Below, in pieces: positions 15,789 to 26,300 of a stretch of DNA of 52,833 nt (positions within the stretch are counted from its first letter, which is position 1; the number at the start of each line of letters is the position of its first letter). Both the position numbers and the translations under genes were made by a program. The stretch lies in NCBI GenBank assembly GCA_023667385.1, contig JAMPAE010000001.1:1-52833 (forward strand), in the 5' to 3' direction. Below the pieces are notes generated by a model that saw only the letters and a program-made list of their open reading frames with translations, did not search any database and was not told where the DNA came from. Source of the DNA: Ruminococcus sp. GTDB lineage: Bacteria; Bacillota; Clostridia; Oscillospirales; Acutalibacteraceae.

Positions 15789-16434
15789 GATTGAAACATT
15801 CGGCACAATAAGCCTTGTCAATGCTGATTGCCTTGACGTTATGGCGGGGTTGCCTGACAACGTCTTTGACTTGGCGATTGTTGACCCGCCTTATGGCATC
15901 GGCATTGACGGGCAAAAGGCTTGCACTTGCAAGAATCCGAAGCACAACCGAAAGCATCACGAAACAAAGGGATGGGATAAATTACCCCCCCCCATTTACT
16001 TTGCTGAATTGCAACGTGTTAGCAAAAATCAAATTATATGGGGCGCAAATTACTTTGTTCCGATGCTTGACAAAGGCACAAAAGGGTGGATTGTTTGGTT
16101 TAAGGGTCAAACCGGGCTTACAATGTCGGATTGTGAATTGGCTTATTCTTCATTTGATTGCCCGACACGTCTTGTCACAATCAACCGATGTGAACTTGCA
16201 AAGCAACAAACAATCCACCCGACCGAAAAGCCGAAATCGCTTTATGGATGGTTGCTCAATCACTATGCAAAGCCAGGCGATAAAATCCTTGACACCCATT
16301 TGGGGTCGGGTTCAATTTGCCTTGCAGCGCATGACCTTAACTTTGAAATGTTGGGAATCGAACTTGATGCCGGGTATTATCAAGCCGCGAAACAACGTCT
16401 TTTATATCATCAACAACAATTAAAACTTTTCTGA
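15781..16434 (+). CDS. DNA methyltransferase (N6-adenine or N4-cytosine, DPPY class)
   Basis: The catalytic motif is IVDPPYGIG near the N-terminus. The C-terminal AdoMet motif is ILDTHLGSGS. Confidence 0.8.
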   Translation: MNEIETFGTISLVNADCLDVMAGLPDNVFDLAIVDPPYGIGIDGQKACTCKNPKHNRKHHETKGWDKLPPPIYFAELQRVSKNQIIWGANYFVPMLDKGTKGWIVWFKGQTGLTMSDCELAYSSFDCPTRLVTINRCELAKQQTIHPTEKPKSLYGWLLNHYAKPGDKILDTHLGSGSICLAAHDLNFEMLGIELDAGYYQAAKQRLLYHQQQLKLF

Positions 16435-16442
16435 ATAAGGAA

Positions 16443-17024
16443 ATGAAGAACTTAAACCAACTATCAACCGACATTCACGACAACGCCGTGAAGCACGGAT
16501 TTTGGGAGAATCACCCGACATCCGAACACTTCTTGATGCTTGTGATTTCCGAGGTTGCCGAAATTGTGGAAGCCGACCGCAAAGGCAATTCGGCGGTAAT
16601 AAATCACATTCGCAAGCAAAAGAACCTTGCAAACGCCCAAAAGTGCAGAATGAGCGAAGAAGTGGACAACGCCCCCGACTTTGAAACGGCATTCGTTGAA
16701 AACATCAAAGACACGATGGAAGATGAAATGGCAGATGTTGTCATTCGGCTTCTTGACCTTGCCGGAAGTCTTGGGATGGACTTTGAACGCCTTGCACCTA
16801 TGCGTTACCACCGTGCGTTTGACCGCTTTTCATTCACAGAAAATGCCTTTGCCTTGTGCAAGGGGTTGTGCCGTGACAACATCAACATTTTCAAACGCAT
16901 TCAATTCGGCATTCACTATGTAACCGGGTGGGCGAAAAGTCAGGGCGTGAACCTTGAATGGCATATCAACGCCAAGATGCGCTTCAATGCGACCCGTCCG
17001 AAGAAGCACGGCAAAGCATATTGA
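16443..17024 (+). CDS. MazG-like nucleotide pyrophosphohydrolase
   Basis: LMLVISEVAEIVEADRKG and EMADVVIRLLDLAGSLGMD give the EExxE/D-type motifs of all-alpha NTP-PPases. Confidence 0.6.
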   Translation: MKNLNQLSTDIHDNAVKHGFWENHPTSEHFLMLVISEVAEIVEADRKGNSAVINHIRKQKNLANAQKCRMSEEVDNAPDFETAFVENIKDTMEDEMADVVIRLLDLAGSLGMDFERLAPMRYHRAFDRFSFTENAFALCKGLCRDNINIFKRIQFGIHYVTGWAKSQGVNLEWHINAKMRFNATRPKKHGKAY

Positions 17025-17249
17025 ATGCAAGTGCATAACAAAAGCAATGCAAATGCAATGGCACGAATGAAATATCTTGTTATCGCAACCGAACCGACAA
17101 CCGGGGAAAGAGTGGCATTTTACACGGATTGGTTTGATGCCGACAATCACTTCAACGGCGATGCCGATATGGTTGCGATTGACTTAATCCATCATCTTGT
17201 CACCTTTGATGGCGAAACGTGGCAAGACATTGAACAAGACCATCTTTAA
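17025..17249 (+). CDS. Hypothetical small protein
   Basis: 74-aa ORF. Its 5' end contains TGCA motifs (17026..17057). Confidence 0.4.
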   Translation: MQVHNKSNANAMARMKYLVIATEPTTGERVAFYTDWFDADNHFNGDADMVAIDLIHHLVTFDGETWQDIEQDHL

Positions 17250-17264
17250 TAAACCAATAACACT

Positions 17265-17639
17265 ATGTTACAAATTGAAATCATCGGCAACATCGGCAAC
17301 AATGCCGAAATCAAGAAAATCAACGGCAAAGATTGTGTCGCTTTCAACGTGGCACATTCGGAAAAGTACAACGGCACGGAATACACCACATGGGTGTCGG
17401 TTCTGATGAACGGCAACGGCGGCAACCTCACACAATATCTTGTCAAAGGTACGAAAGTGTTTGTCCGTGGTCGCCTTTCGGTCACAAACTATCAGGACAA
17501 GAACGGAAAATGGCGTGTGGGGGTGAACTGTTCCGCAACCGAAGTGCAGCTTTGCGGAATGAAGAACGACAACACCGCCGGAGCATCCGACAATGACCCA
17601 TTCGGGGGCAGTTACGGCAACAATAATGTTCCTTACTGA
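17265..17639 (+). CDS. ssb: Single-stranded DNA-binding protein
   Basis: OB-fold pattern (IIGNIGNNAEIKKINGKDCVAFNVAH...WVSVLMNG...GTKVFVRGRLSVTNYQDKNGKWR) with an acidic/aromatic tail containing DNDPF. Confidence 0.75.
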   Translation: MLQIEIIGNIGNNAEIKKINGKDCVAFNVAHSEKYNGTEYTTWVSVLMNGNGGNLTQYLVKGTKVFVRGRLSVTNYQDKNGKWRVGVNCSATEVQLCGMKNDNTAGASDNDPFGGSYGNNNVPY

Positions 17640-18154
17640 TGCGCCCGAATTATGACATCATCATCGGCATTGACCCCGATGTTGACAAAAGCGGGGTGGC
17701 GGTTCTTTCAACCAACTTGCGGAAAGTTTATGTAAATGCGCTTTCCTTTCCTGACTTGTTGGAATCGTTGAAAGACCACACAACACTTTACCGCAAGACC
17801 TTTCGGACTTTCGTTGTCGTTGTTGAAGCATCTTGGATGATTCGCGGCAATTGGCATTTGACCGAAAGGGGGCGAAAGCAATATGCAGCCGCCACTGGTT
17901 ATAAGGTCGGGTGCAATCATCAGGTGGGCAAACTGATTGTTGAAATGTGCAAGGCTTACAACATCCCCGTGATTGAGCATTGCCCCTTGCGCAAGTGTTG
18001 GTCAGGCAAAGACGGCAAGATTACCCACGAAGAACTGATTCAGTTTTGCCCCATTGACAAGACCCGCACGAATCAGGAAATGCGCGATGCCGCCTTGCTT
18101 GCATGGTCATTCGCCGATTTTCCAATCAGATTGAAAGCATTGCCGAAAAGGTAA
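17639..18154 (+). CDS. RuvC-like Holliday junction resolvase
   Basis: The N-terminal IIGIDPDVDKSGVAVL is a catalytic Asp motif of the RNase H fold. The start is coupled to ssb by an ATGA overlap. Confidence 0.6.
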   Translation: MRPNYDIIIGIDPDVDKSGVAVLSTNLRKVYVNALSFPDLLESLKDHTTLYRKTFRTFVVVVEASWMIRGNWHLTERGRKQYAAATGYKVGCNHQVGKLIVEMCKAYNIPVIEHCPLRKCWSGKDGKITHEELIQFCPIDKTRTNQEMRDAALLAWSFADFPIRLKALPKR

Positions 18155-18184
18155 TGTTGAATAACTTTTTGATTTCTTTTTGCG

Positions 18185-18221
18185 ATAAAGCGTGTTTCAT
18201 AGTGTTACACGCTTTATTTTT
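18185..18221 (+). terminator. Rho-independent terminator separating the early and late modules
   Basis: 11-bp stem ataaagcgtgt / acacgctttat with an 11-nt loop, followed by tttt. Confidence 0.6.
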
Positions 18222-18222
18222 G
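18215..18222 (+). promoter_or_regulatory. Candidate -7 box TATTTTTG upstream of the late-region genes
   Basis: It matches TAnnTTTG and lies 34 nt upstream of the ATG at 18256. Confidence 0.25.
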
Positions 18223-18255
18223 CACTTGATTTTGTAAACCTTTCATTATTCGTAG

Positions 18256-18807
18256 ATGAAACCAATTGATTTTCCGCAGTCCACAAAGGTACTGCAAAGA
18301 CCCGAAGAAATGCTTGACACGGATTGCAAGCCGTTGCCCGTGTGGAGCGATGGCAAAGAATGCGTGTCGTGTTGGCGACCGACATTCAAGGAACGCTTGA
18401 AAATCCTTGTGTCCGGCAAGGTGTGGTTGTCCGTCTTATGCGGTCGGACACAACCGCCCGTCTATATAACCGGGGAACATTTCTTTGTAAGACCCCCATT
18501 CCGCGCCCGTGTGCGTCTTTTCCTTGAAGATGTATGGGATAACACCACCGCGATGTTCAAAAGCCTTGTGTCGGCATCAAAAGAAGCCGACAAGCGCAAG
18601 CATTTCTTTGTCGGTGCAATCATTTCACTTCTTTGGGGTTGTCTGATTCCGCTTCTTGGCTTTGCTTTCGGTTGTATTGCCGGAGCAATCAAGGAATGGT
18701 GGGATTCCAAAGGTCACGGCACGGTTGAACTTATGGACTTTGTATTTACTTGCATCGGCGCGGCATTCGGTCTTGCCCTTTCAAGCATTATCCATCTATT
18801 CTTGTGA
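18256..18807 (+). CDS. Hypothetical protein with C-terminal transmembrane helices
   Basis: 183 aa. The C-terminal hydrophobic segments are FFVGAIISLLWGCLIPLLGFAFGCIAGAI and FVFTCIGAAFGLALSSIIHLF. Confidence 0.45.
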   Translation: MKPIDFPQSTKVLQRPEEMLDTDCKPLPVWSDGKECVSCWRPTFKERLKILVSGKVWLSVLCGRTQPPVYITGEHFFVRPPFRARVRLFLEDVWDNTTAMFKSLVSASKEADKRKHFFVGAIISLLWGCLIPLLGFAFGCIAGAIKEWWDSKGHGTVELMDFVFTCIGAAFGLALSSIIHLFL

Positions 18808-18810
18808 CCT

Positions 18811-19365
18811 ATGGCAAAGACGGAGAAAATCAAGATTGACCGCCTTGTGCCGGACAATCGCAATTTCAACAAGGGTACACAATACGGCGACCATCTTATG
18901 GATGAATCGTTGCGTCAATTCGGTTTGGGTCGTTCCATCCTGATTGACCGAAACAACCGAATCATTGCCGGAAACAAGACAACCGAAAAGGCGGGCGAAC
19001 TTGGCTTTGATGATGTGCTTGTCGTTGAAACCGATGGGCGCACCCTTGTTGCCGTGAAGCGCACCGACATTGACTTGGATTCAAAAGCCGGACGCGAACT
19101 TGCCCTTGCCGACAATGCCACCGCAAAAGCAAACCTTGATTGGGATGAAGAAGCAATCGCCGAAGCTGCAAAGGCTTTTGAGTTTGACCCCAACGATTGG
19201 GGCGTTGACTTGTCTTTGGGTGATGAGGATTCCGAAGATGAAGAAGATTCCCCAAAAAAGGAAATTTCAACACGGTTGATTGTTGAGTGCAAGGACGTGA
19301 CCAAACTTTCAATGCTTTATTCAGAACTGCAAGACCGAGGGTTTGAAGTGGAGTTGAAAGAGTAA
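18811..19365 (+). CDS. ParB-like nuclease domain protein
   Basis: LVPDNRNFNKGT...ILIDRNNRIIAGNKTTEKAGELG is followed by an acidic tail. The gene lies just upstream of the terminase genes. Confidence 0.55.
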   Translation: MAKTEKIKIDRLVPDNRNFNKGTQYGDHLMDESLRQFGLGRSILIDRNNRIIAGNKTTEKAGELGFDDVLVVETDGRTLVAVKRTDIDLDSKAGRELALADNATAKANLDWDEEAIAEAAKAFEFDPNDWGVDLSLGDEDSEDEEDSPKKEISTRLIVECKDVTKLSMLYSELQDRGFEVELKE

Positions 19366-19402
19366 CCGAAGTAACTTTTTCGGTCTAAAAAAGGATTGAA
19401 AC

Positions 19403-19909
19403 ATGGCAAAGTACAGCAAAAAGACGGTTGAAAAGATTGTCGGACTTATCAGGTCGGACACATACACCATTGCCGAAATTTGCCGTCAAGTCGGAATCAA
19501 CAAAAAGACTTATCACGAATGGATTAACACCCACGAAGAATTTGCCCTTGCCGTTGAGGAAGCAAGGGAAGAATTGATGCAATCAATGGTGATGGTCGCC
19601 AAGAAGTCTTTGCGGCGCAAGTTAGAGGGTTACGATGTGACGGAAACACGCACCGTCACTATTCCCGGCAAGGAAGTTGGCGAGGACGGCAAACCGAAAC
19701 CGAAAGTCAAAGAACATATCACGACCAAGAAACATGTTGCCGCCGATACCGCCGCAATCATATTCACATTGACCAACGGCGACCCGGAGCATTGGAAGAA
19801 TCGGCAGAACAACGAAGTGACGGGCAAGGATGGCAAAGACCTATTCGCCCAAAAGACCGATGAAGAATTGGCGGCAATGATTCAGGACTTGCAAAGGAAA
19901 TTGGAATGA
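19403..19909 (+). CDS. Terminase small subunit
   Basis: The N-terminal HTH is YTIAEICRQVGINKKTYHEWINTHEEFALAVEEA. The gene is coupled to TerL by an ATGA overlap. Confidence 0.65.
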   Translation: MAKYSKKTVEKIVGLIRSDTYTIAEICRQVGINKKTYHEWINTHEEFALAVEEAREELMQSMVMVAKKSLRRKLEGYDVTETRTVTIPGKEVGEDGKPKPKVKEHITTKKHVAADTAAIIFTLTNGDPEHWKNRQNNEVTGKDGKDLFAQKTDEELAAMIQDLQRKLE

Positions 19910-21375
19910 ATAAGCGGTCGGCAATGATTGAGTGTATAAAAGCAATGCAAGAACGACTTGTGCGTGACAGTCGTTCCGATTTGTTGCGTTTTACCCTTTC
20001 AACGATGCCGACATTCAGACCCGCCGATTTCCACCGCCGTTATTACACGGTATTGACCAAATTTGCAAAGGGGGAAATCAAGAAACTAATGGTCTTTATG
20101 CCACCGCAGCACGGTAAAAGCGAGGGTTCAACACGCCGTTTGCCGTCTTTCCTTGTCGGTCTTAATCCCGACTTGCGGTTGGCGGTCGTTTCCTACAATG
20201 CCCCCAAAGCACGAAAATTCAACCGAGAGATTCAACGCATTATTGATTCCCCCGAATATCACGCCATTTTCCCCGACACTTGCTTGAATGCTTCAAACGT
20301 CACGACCATTGCCGGGTCGTGGTTGCGCAATGCCGATGAATGCGAAATCGTGGGGCATCGTGGTGGCTTCAAGACCGTAGGTGTCGGCGGTGCATTGACG
20401 GGCGAACCCGTTGACATCCTGATTATGGATGATATTTACAAGGACGCGAAAACGGCATGGTCGCCGATTGTCCGTGAATCCGTGTCGGATTGGTATGATA
20501 CCGTTGCCGAAACACGTTTGCACAACGATTCCCAACAACTGATTGTCTTTACACGATGGCATGAAGATGATTTGGCGGGTAAACTATTGCGTGAACAAGG
20601 GGTGTTTGACGCGGAAAGCAACCCCGATGGTTGGGTTGTGGTCATTTATCAGGCAATCAAAGAGGGCGCACCCACCGAATATGACCCCCGACAAGAGGGC
20701 GAAGCACTTTGGGAAGTAAGACATTCACGGCACAAGTTATTGCAGACAAGGCAACGAAACCCGCAAGTCTTTGAATCGCTTTATCAGCAGAACCCGCAGC
20801 CACGCGAGGGTCTTATGTATGAACAAGGCTTTGTTGAATATGACATTCGCCCGGCAACACAATATTGCATCCGCAAGGCTTATGTGGACGTTGCCGACAC
20901 GGGCGCGGATTACTTGTGTGCCATCATCTATGATGAAACCGAACACGGCAATTATATCGTTGATGTGCTATTCACGACACGCCCGGTTGAATATACCGAA
21001 CCCGCCCTTGCCAAGATGCTGACAAAGCACGGTGTTGCCCAATGCGTGATTGAAGCGAACAATGGCGGTCGCCTTTTCAAGAACAATGTTGAAAGGCAAT
21101 GCCGATTGTTGGGCAACGGCAAAACACAATTCATCGCCTTTCATCAGACGGCAAACAAGGATATTCGCATTTATGAGCATTCGGCAATGGTGCAGAACCT
21201 CACGTTTATGCCCGCCGGATGGAAACGCACGTTCCCCGAATTTGCCAAAGCCATTTGCGGTTATATGAAAGCCGGACAAAATGAACACGATGATGCGCCG
21301 GACGCATTGACGGGAACGATTGAACGAAGAAAGAAACGCGGCAGTCAGGGGGTTGCATCCCTTTTCGGTCGTTAA
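19906..21375 (+). CDS. Terminase large subunit
   Basis: 489 aa. Walker A-like motif is MPPQHGKSE and Walker B-like is ILIMDDIY. A C-terminal nuclease region includes EHDDAPDALT. Confidence 0.8.
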   Translation: MNKRSAMIECIKAMQERLVRDSRSDLLRFTLSTMPTFRPADFHRRYYTVLTKFAKGEIKKLMVFMPPQHGKSEGSTRRLPSFLVGLNPDLRLAVVSYNAPKARKFNREIQRIIDSPEYHAIFPDTCLNASNVTTIAGSWLRNADECEIVGHRGGFKTVGVGGALTGEPVDILIMDDIYKDAKTAWSPIVRESVSDWYDTVAETRLHNDSQQLIVFTRWHEDDLAGKLLREQGVFDAESNPDGWVVVIYQAIKEGAPTEYDPRQEGEALWEVRHSRHKLLQTRQRNPQVFESLYQQNPQPREGLMYEQGFVEYDIRPATQYCIRKAYVDVADTGADYLCAIIYDETEHGNYIVDVLFTTRPVEYTEPALAKMLTKHGVAQCVIEANNGGRLFKNNVERQCRLLGNGKTQFIAFHQTANKDIRIYEHSAMVQNLTFMPAGWKRTFPEFAKAICGYMKAGQNEHDDAPDALTGTIERRKKRGSQGVASLFGR

Positions 21376-21403
21376 CCAAATCACAATAAACCCAAGTGAA
21401 CTA

Positions 21404-22867
21404 ATGAAATTAACTGACATTATCCAAACGGAAAACCCCACCGAGCAAATCAACGCTTTGCAAGGTGGACGGCAACACGCCATTCCCGATGTCGCAAGGG
21501 GCAAGAAAGCACTTGACCCCAAGTTGCACGACATCAACGACCCCTTGATTCGCAAGGACAAAAAAGTTAGGGTTGATGCCGATGATGAAAGCGATTCGGC
21601 AAAGAAAGTCATATCAACCGATGGCGAAGCGGTGGCGACACGCACCGAAAAGGTGGCAAGAATCGCCCTTGCGCTGCAACGCCTGATTATCAACCGCGCC
21701 GTGTCGTTTTGTTTCGGCAACCCGGTTGAGTATAACGCAACCCCCACCGATGAGCAACAAGAAGCGGTCTTGAAAGCCTTGAAACGCATTCTTTCGGATG
21801 TCAAGACCAATTCGTTGAACCGCAAAATCGGACGTGCCATTTTCGGCTTCAAGGAATGTGCCGAATTGTGGTATCCCGTTGAAAAGGAACATAACAAATA
21901 CGGATTCCCAAGCAAGTTCAAATTGCGTTGCGCCTTGTTTTCCCCGGCTTTCGGTGATGTGCTTTATCCTTACTTTGATGATTCGGGCGACATGGTGGCG
22001 TTTTCACGCGCATTCAGCCGTAAGGACAACAAGGGTGTTTCAACTGATTACTTTGAAACATACACCGATGAAGAACATTGGCTTTGGGTTGTCAATGCCA
22101 ATGGGTCGGGCGCACAAGTCGCCGAGGGATTCCCCAAAGCGGTTGCCATCGGCAAGATTCCCGTTATTTACGGTTATCAACCCAAGTTTGAAACCGAAGA
22201 TGTGGACAAGCTGATTGACCGTTTGGAACTTCTTCTTTCAAACTTTGCCGACACAAACGATTACCATGCAAGTCCGAAGATATTTTGCACGGGTACAATC
22301 AACGGATGGGCGAAAAAAGGCGAATCCGGCGCGGTTATTGAGGGCGAACCCGGTGCAACGATGCAATATGTGTCGTGGGCAAATGCCCCCGAAGCGGTCA
22401 AGTTGGAAATTGAAACCCTTTTGCGTATGATATACACCATCACGCAAACGCCGGACATTTCCTTTGATTCGGTCAAGGGATTGGGCGCAATAAGCGGTCT
22501 TGCCCTGAAATTGCTTTTCATGGATGCCCACCTTAAAGTTCAGGACAAGAGGGAAATTTTTGATGAATACCTACAACGCCGCGCCAACGTGCTTCTTGCA
22601 TACATCGCCCAATTCAACACGCAGCTTGCCGCCGCTTGTGATGAACTTGAAGTTGAACCCGAAATAACGCCTTACATCCTCACAAGTGAAATTGATGATT
22701 TGAACTATTGGATGACAGCCAACGGCAACAAGGCGGTCATTTCGCAAGAAGAATCAATTGAAAAGGCGGGATTATCGGGCAACCCCGAATTAACAATGCA
22801 GAAAATCAAGGAACAAACCACCGCCGAAAACTCCTTTTTGGTCGGCGAACCAATCCTTGACGCATAA
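21404..22867 (+). CDS. Portal protein
   Basis: About 487 aa, directly after TerL. The track start at 21320 is a TTG that overlaps TerL, so the ATG at 21404 is preferred. Confidence 0.7.
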   Translation: MKLTDIIQTENPTEQINALQGGRQHAIPDVARGKKALDPKLHDINDPLIRKDKKVRVDADDESDSAKKVISTDGEAVATRTEKVARIALALQRLIINRAVSFCFGNPVEYNATPTDEQQEAVLKALKRILSDVKTNSLNRKIGRAIFGFKECAELWYPVEKEHNKYGFPSKFKLRCALFSPAFGDVLYPYFDDSGDMVAFSRAFSRKDNKGVSTDYFETYTDEEHWLWVVNANGSGAQVAEGFPKAVAIGKIPVIYGYQPKFETEDVDKLIDRLELLLSNFADTNDYHASPKIFCTGTINGWAKKGESGAVIEGEPGATMQYVSWANAPEAVKLEIETLLRMIYTITQTPDISFDSVKGLGAISGLALKLLFMDAHLKVQDKREIFDEYLQRRANVLLAYIAQFNTQLAAACDELEVEPEITPYILTSEIDDLNYWMTANGNKAVISQEESIEKAGLSGNPELTMQKIKEQTTAENSFLVGEPILDA

Positions 22868-22891
22868 CATTTCATCAAAAACCAATCAGCA

Positions 22892-23185
22892 ATGAAAAGT
22901 CTTTTTGTATTTCTTTGCGCCGTGCTGATGCTTGCAATGGCATCATGCACGGACGGCAATGTGGTGTCGGGTTACGTTGTCGGCAAGCGACACAATCCGG
23001 CAAGATGTTACACAACACGCGACCCCGCGACACAAACCACACGCATTCGGAACATCCCCGAAATGTGGGTTCTTTATGTTGCTGATTCGACCGCCGTGCG
23101 AACCATACACGTTGACAAACCCACCTTTGAATCGGCGGTCAAGGGTGAAACAATCCGTTTGCGCTATGGCAAAGAAAGCAAGTAA
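22892..23185 (+). CDS. Small lipoprotein (moron) between the portal and MuF genes
   Basis: MKSLFVFLCAVLMLAMASCTDGN gives a signal peptide plus lipobox. Confidence 0.6.
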   Translation: MKSLFVFLCAVLMLAMASCTDGNVVSGYVVGKRHNPARCYTTRDPATQTTRIRNIPEMWVLYVADSTAVRTIHVDKPTFESAVKGETIRLRYGKESK

Positions 23186-23348
23186 ACCCGCCGCCCCGGA
23201 ATACACTTGCCGCGATTGCCGACATTCGGAGAATTGGCACAATGTCGGGGCAAACGGTCAATTCATATTCTGCAACTGCAAATTCCAAAAGTGGTGCAAA
23301 TTCCTTGACCACGATTATTGCAACAACTTTCAAAAGCGTTTATCCTGA
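23166..23348 (+). CDS. Cys-rich small protein (zinc-ribbon-like)
   Basis: 60 aa: MAKKASKPAAPEYTCRDCRHSENWH...FCNCKFQKWCKFLDHDYC. Its stop overlaps the MuF ATG. The longer track ORF 22932..23348 overlaps the lipoprotein gene. Confidence 0.4.
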   Translation: MAKKASKPAAPEYTCRDCRHSENWHNVGANGQFIFCNCKFQKWCKFLDHDYCNNFQKRLS

Positions 23349-26300
23349 TGGCAAAGAAGAAGCAACAACCAAAGGCGACCCGCTTTTCAATACAAGGCTT
23401 TGACTTGAACCATTTCCGCGCCACCGAACAATATGCGGCAATGGTGCAAGCCTTGTTTGACCGTGCCACCCTTTTGATGTCGCAAGCTGCAACACGCGGC
23501 ACGATTGACCCCGACAAACCCTTTTCGTTTGATGATTACCCAGCATTAAAAGCCGAATTGCAAAAGGTGGCATCACAACTTGCGTCACAACTGACCACAA
23601 CGATTGAAAAGGGGTCGCGCAATCAATGGTTGTTCGCTTGTGATAAGAATGACGGATTCATTGATTCAATAATGGACACGTCAAAGGTATCAAAGGCGCG
23701 GTTGAAGAAGATGCAAGACCGCAATTTGGACGCATTGCGCACGTTTCAAGACCGCAAGGTGGGCGGCATGAACTTGTCGCAACGTGTGTGGCGTTATGTC
23801 GGACAATACAAAGAACAACTTGAATCCGCACTTGATGTCGGACTTGGAGAGGGGCGCAGCGCACAAGAACTTGCCCGTGATGTAAAGAAGAACTTGCGCG
23901 AACCTGACCGTTTGTTTCGCCGTGTGCGTGACAAGCGGGGCAACCTTGTGTTGTCAAAGGCTGCAAGGGCATATCATCCGGGGCAAGGTGTTTATCGGTC
24001 AAGCGTGAAGAATGCCCAACGTCTTACAAGGTCGGAAATCAATATGGCTTATCGTGAAAGCGACTTTTTGCGGTGGCAACAACTTGATTTCGTTGTCGGC
24101 TTTGAAATAAAGCGGTCTAATTGGCACGATGAGGACGGACACGAATATAAATGCAAGTTGTGTGACCGTCTGCAAGGGCGTTATCCCAAGTCTTTCAAGT
24201 TCAAAGGATGGCATCCGCAATGTCGGTGTTATGCCGTGCCGATTCTGATGGATGAAGAAACCTTTGATGAAAACGAATTGGGCGACCTCAAAGCAGCCTT
24301 GCGCGGCACGGAGTACAAGAAGAAGCAAGCAAGATATGTTGTTACCGATGTGCCGGACGCATTCAAAGAATGGGTTGAGGAAAACAAAGACACCGTTTCC
24401 GGGTGGAGTTCAACGCCGTATTTCATACAAGACAACTTTGTTGATGGCGACATCACAAAGGGGTTGAAGATAGATTTGCCGACAGTTGAACCCGATATGC
24501 CCACAATCCCCACATTCAAGGCAACAACCCCCCAAGAAATTAAAGATTTCATTCTTGCCAACATTGCCGATGATTGCACCCTTGAAATCGGCAAAAATGA
24601 CCTTGATTTGTGGAATGATATTGTCAATCAACTAAACCAACGCATTCAACAATTCGGATTGCCCAAGTTTAGCCGTATTGGAAAACCCGCGAATCGGCAA
24701 GCGGAAGCATCTTGGGATGGGAATAACAACGGATTTAATCTGAATATCCCTTATTTACGCAATCAGACCGCAATTGCGAGGGCTGAAAAGTGGAAGAAAA
24801 AGGGTGTTTTCTATTCGCATACCTATGAGGATAAAGAAGATTATGTTCGTGCGGTAATTGACCACGAAATCGGACATTGTTTATTGTCGCAATTCGGCTT
24901 CAAGTCTGATGCAATAAGCACGATGGGCAAAGCGGGTAAATCAATAATGTTGAATGGCAAACCTTTCAATGAAATTAACGATGTGTTGGGTTATTATGCT
25001 TCAACCGATGTTGATGAATACTTTGCCGAAGCATTTGCGATGTTTGCCGGAAAGAACCGTGACAAGTTGGGCGAATACACAAGGTCAATGATGGAAAGAT
25101 TCGTTGAAAAGGTCAAGAAAAAGACCGGGCAAGACCCATTCGCCGCCCCCGGTAAGTCAGAACCGAAGATTGACCCGGTGCAAGCGCAGCTTGACGCACT
25201 TATGCCGTCCGTTGAAGCGGCAAGGAAGATTTGTCAGGAATGGGGAATTGTAATGCAAGAAAAACGCCTTAATGAAGCGGTTGCAGAAAAAGACATTAAG
25301 ACAATCAATGGTTGCATTGCTGCAATCACAAGTATTGACACGAAGTACACAACCGAAATGTCGGCATTCTTTGCCGATTGCACACACTTGATTAAGGAAA
25401 TGAACGAATCCGGCGGGGATTTCAAGACCATCATTGCCGAATTAACCCAATACATGACCAATCTTTCAAAGGACAAAAAGATGTGGTCGGATGGTGCTTC
25501 ATTCTATCAATCCGAAATTCAAAAGGCAAAGGACAAGTTGAAGCAATATAAGGCATCGCCGGAAGCATCAATGACGGCATCGCAAAAATCCTTGCTTTCC
25601 GATGTTCGTATAACAATAAGACAAGCCGAAGAATGGGGAATCAGCACAACCAAAATTAAAGGTCTGATGCAACAATTCATTGACCACCCCAATTTTGATT
25701 GGCGCACACAACCCGAATCGGAGAATTACGAAAGATTCCTTGAAAACGAATATTTTGCTTTGGAGGGTAAAATAACCCAAGTCCGAAAGAAGATGGAACA
25801 ATTCTTGACCGAAGCAAGGGCATTGATTAAAGAAGCCGACAAATTGGGTCTTGATACCGATGCAAACCGAAACGATTTAAGCCGATATGTGTTCGCGTTG
25901 TCGGGGTCTGATAAGGCTTACACTTGGGGGCAATTCAAGAATGAAATCAAAAAGATTTACAACGCCCTAAAAGTGACCATTGATGAAACCGTCAAGAAGA
26001 ATGAAGAAGAAGCGGCAAGGAAATCTTCAATGGAACATGAAGCAACATTCACGGGCGAACCACACAAAGCCGTGAAAATTGATTATAAGACGGATTCCGA
26101 AGTTGATGCCACATTTGCAGAGATAAATAAGGACTTTACCGTTGAACGATGGTTTGAAAATGGCGATTTGCGATTGACCCCAACGAATGAACGCGGGGTT
26201 AATGGCTTCACATATATGGATGGGCGTATTTCGTTAAAACCCGATAGATTGCGACTTGTTAAGTCTGCATTGGGCAAAATAGGACAAAAAAAGACATCCG

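Noticed and set aside
15815-16423. 202-aa plus-strand ORF overlapping the DPPY methyltransferase in another frame
   Set aside because: The 15781..16434 frame carries the DPPY and AdoMet-binding motifs. The alternative frame has no recognisable features.
22932-23348. The 138-aa ORF taken at full length
   Set aside because: Its 5' two-thirds overlap the lipoprotein gene 22892..23185 in another frame. Only the 3' part from the ATG at 23166 (Cys-rich, 60 aa) is plausible, and even that has modest confidence.
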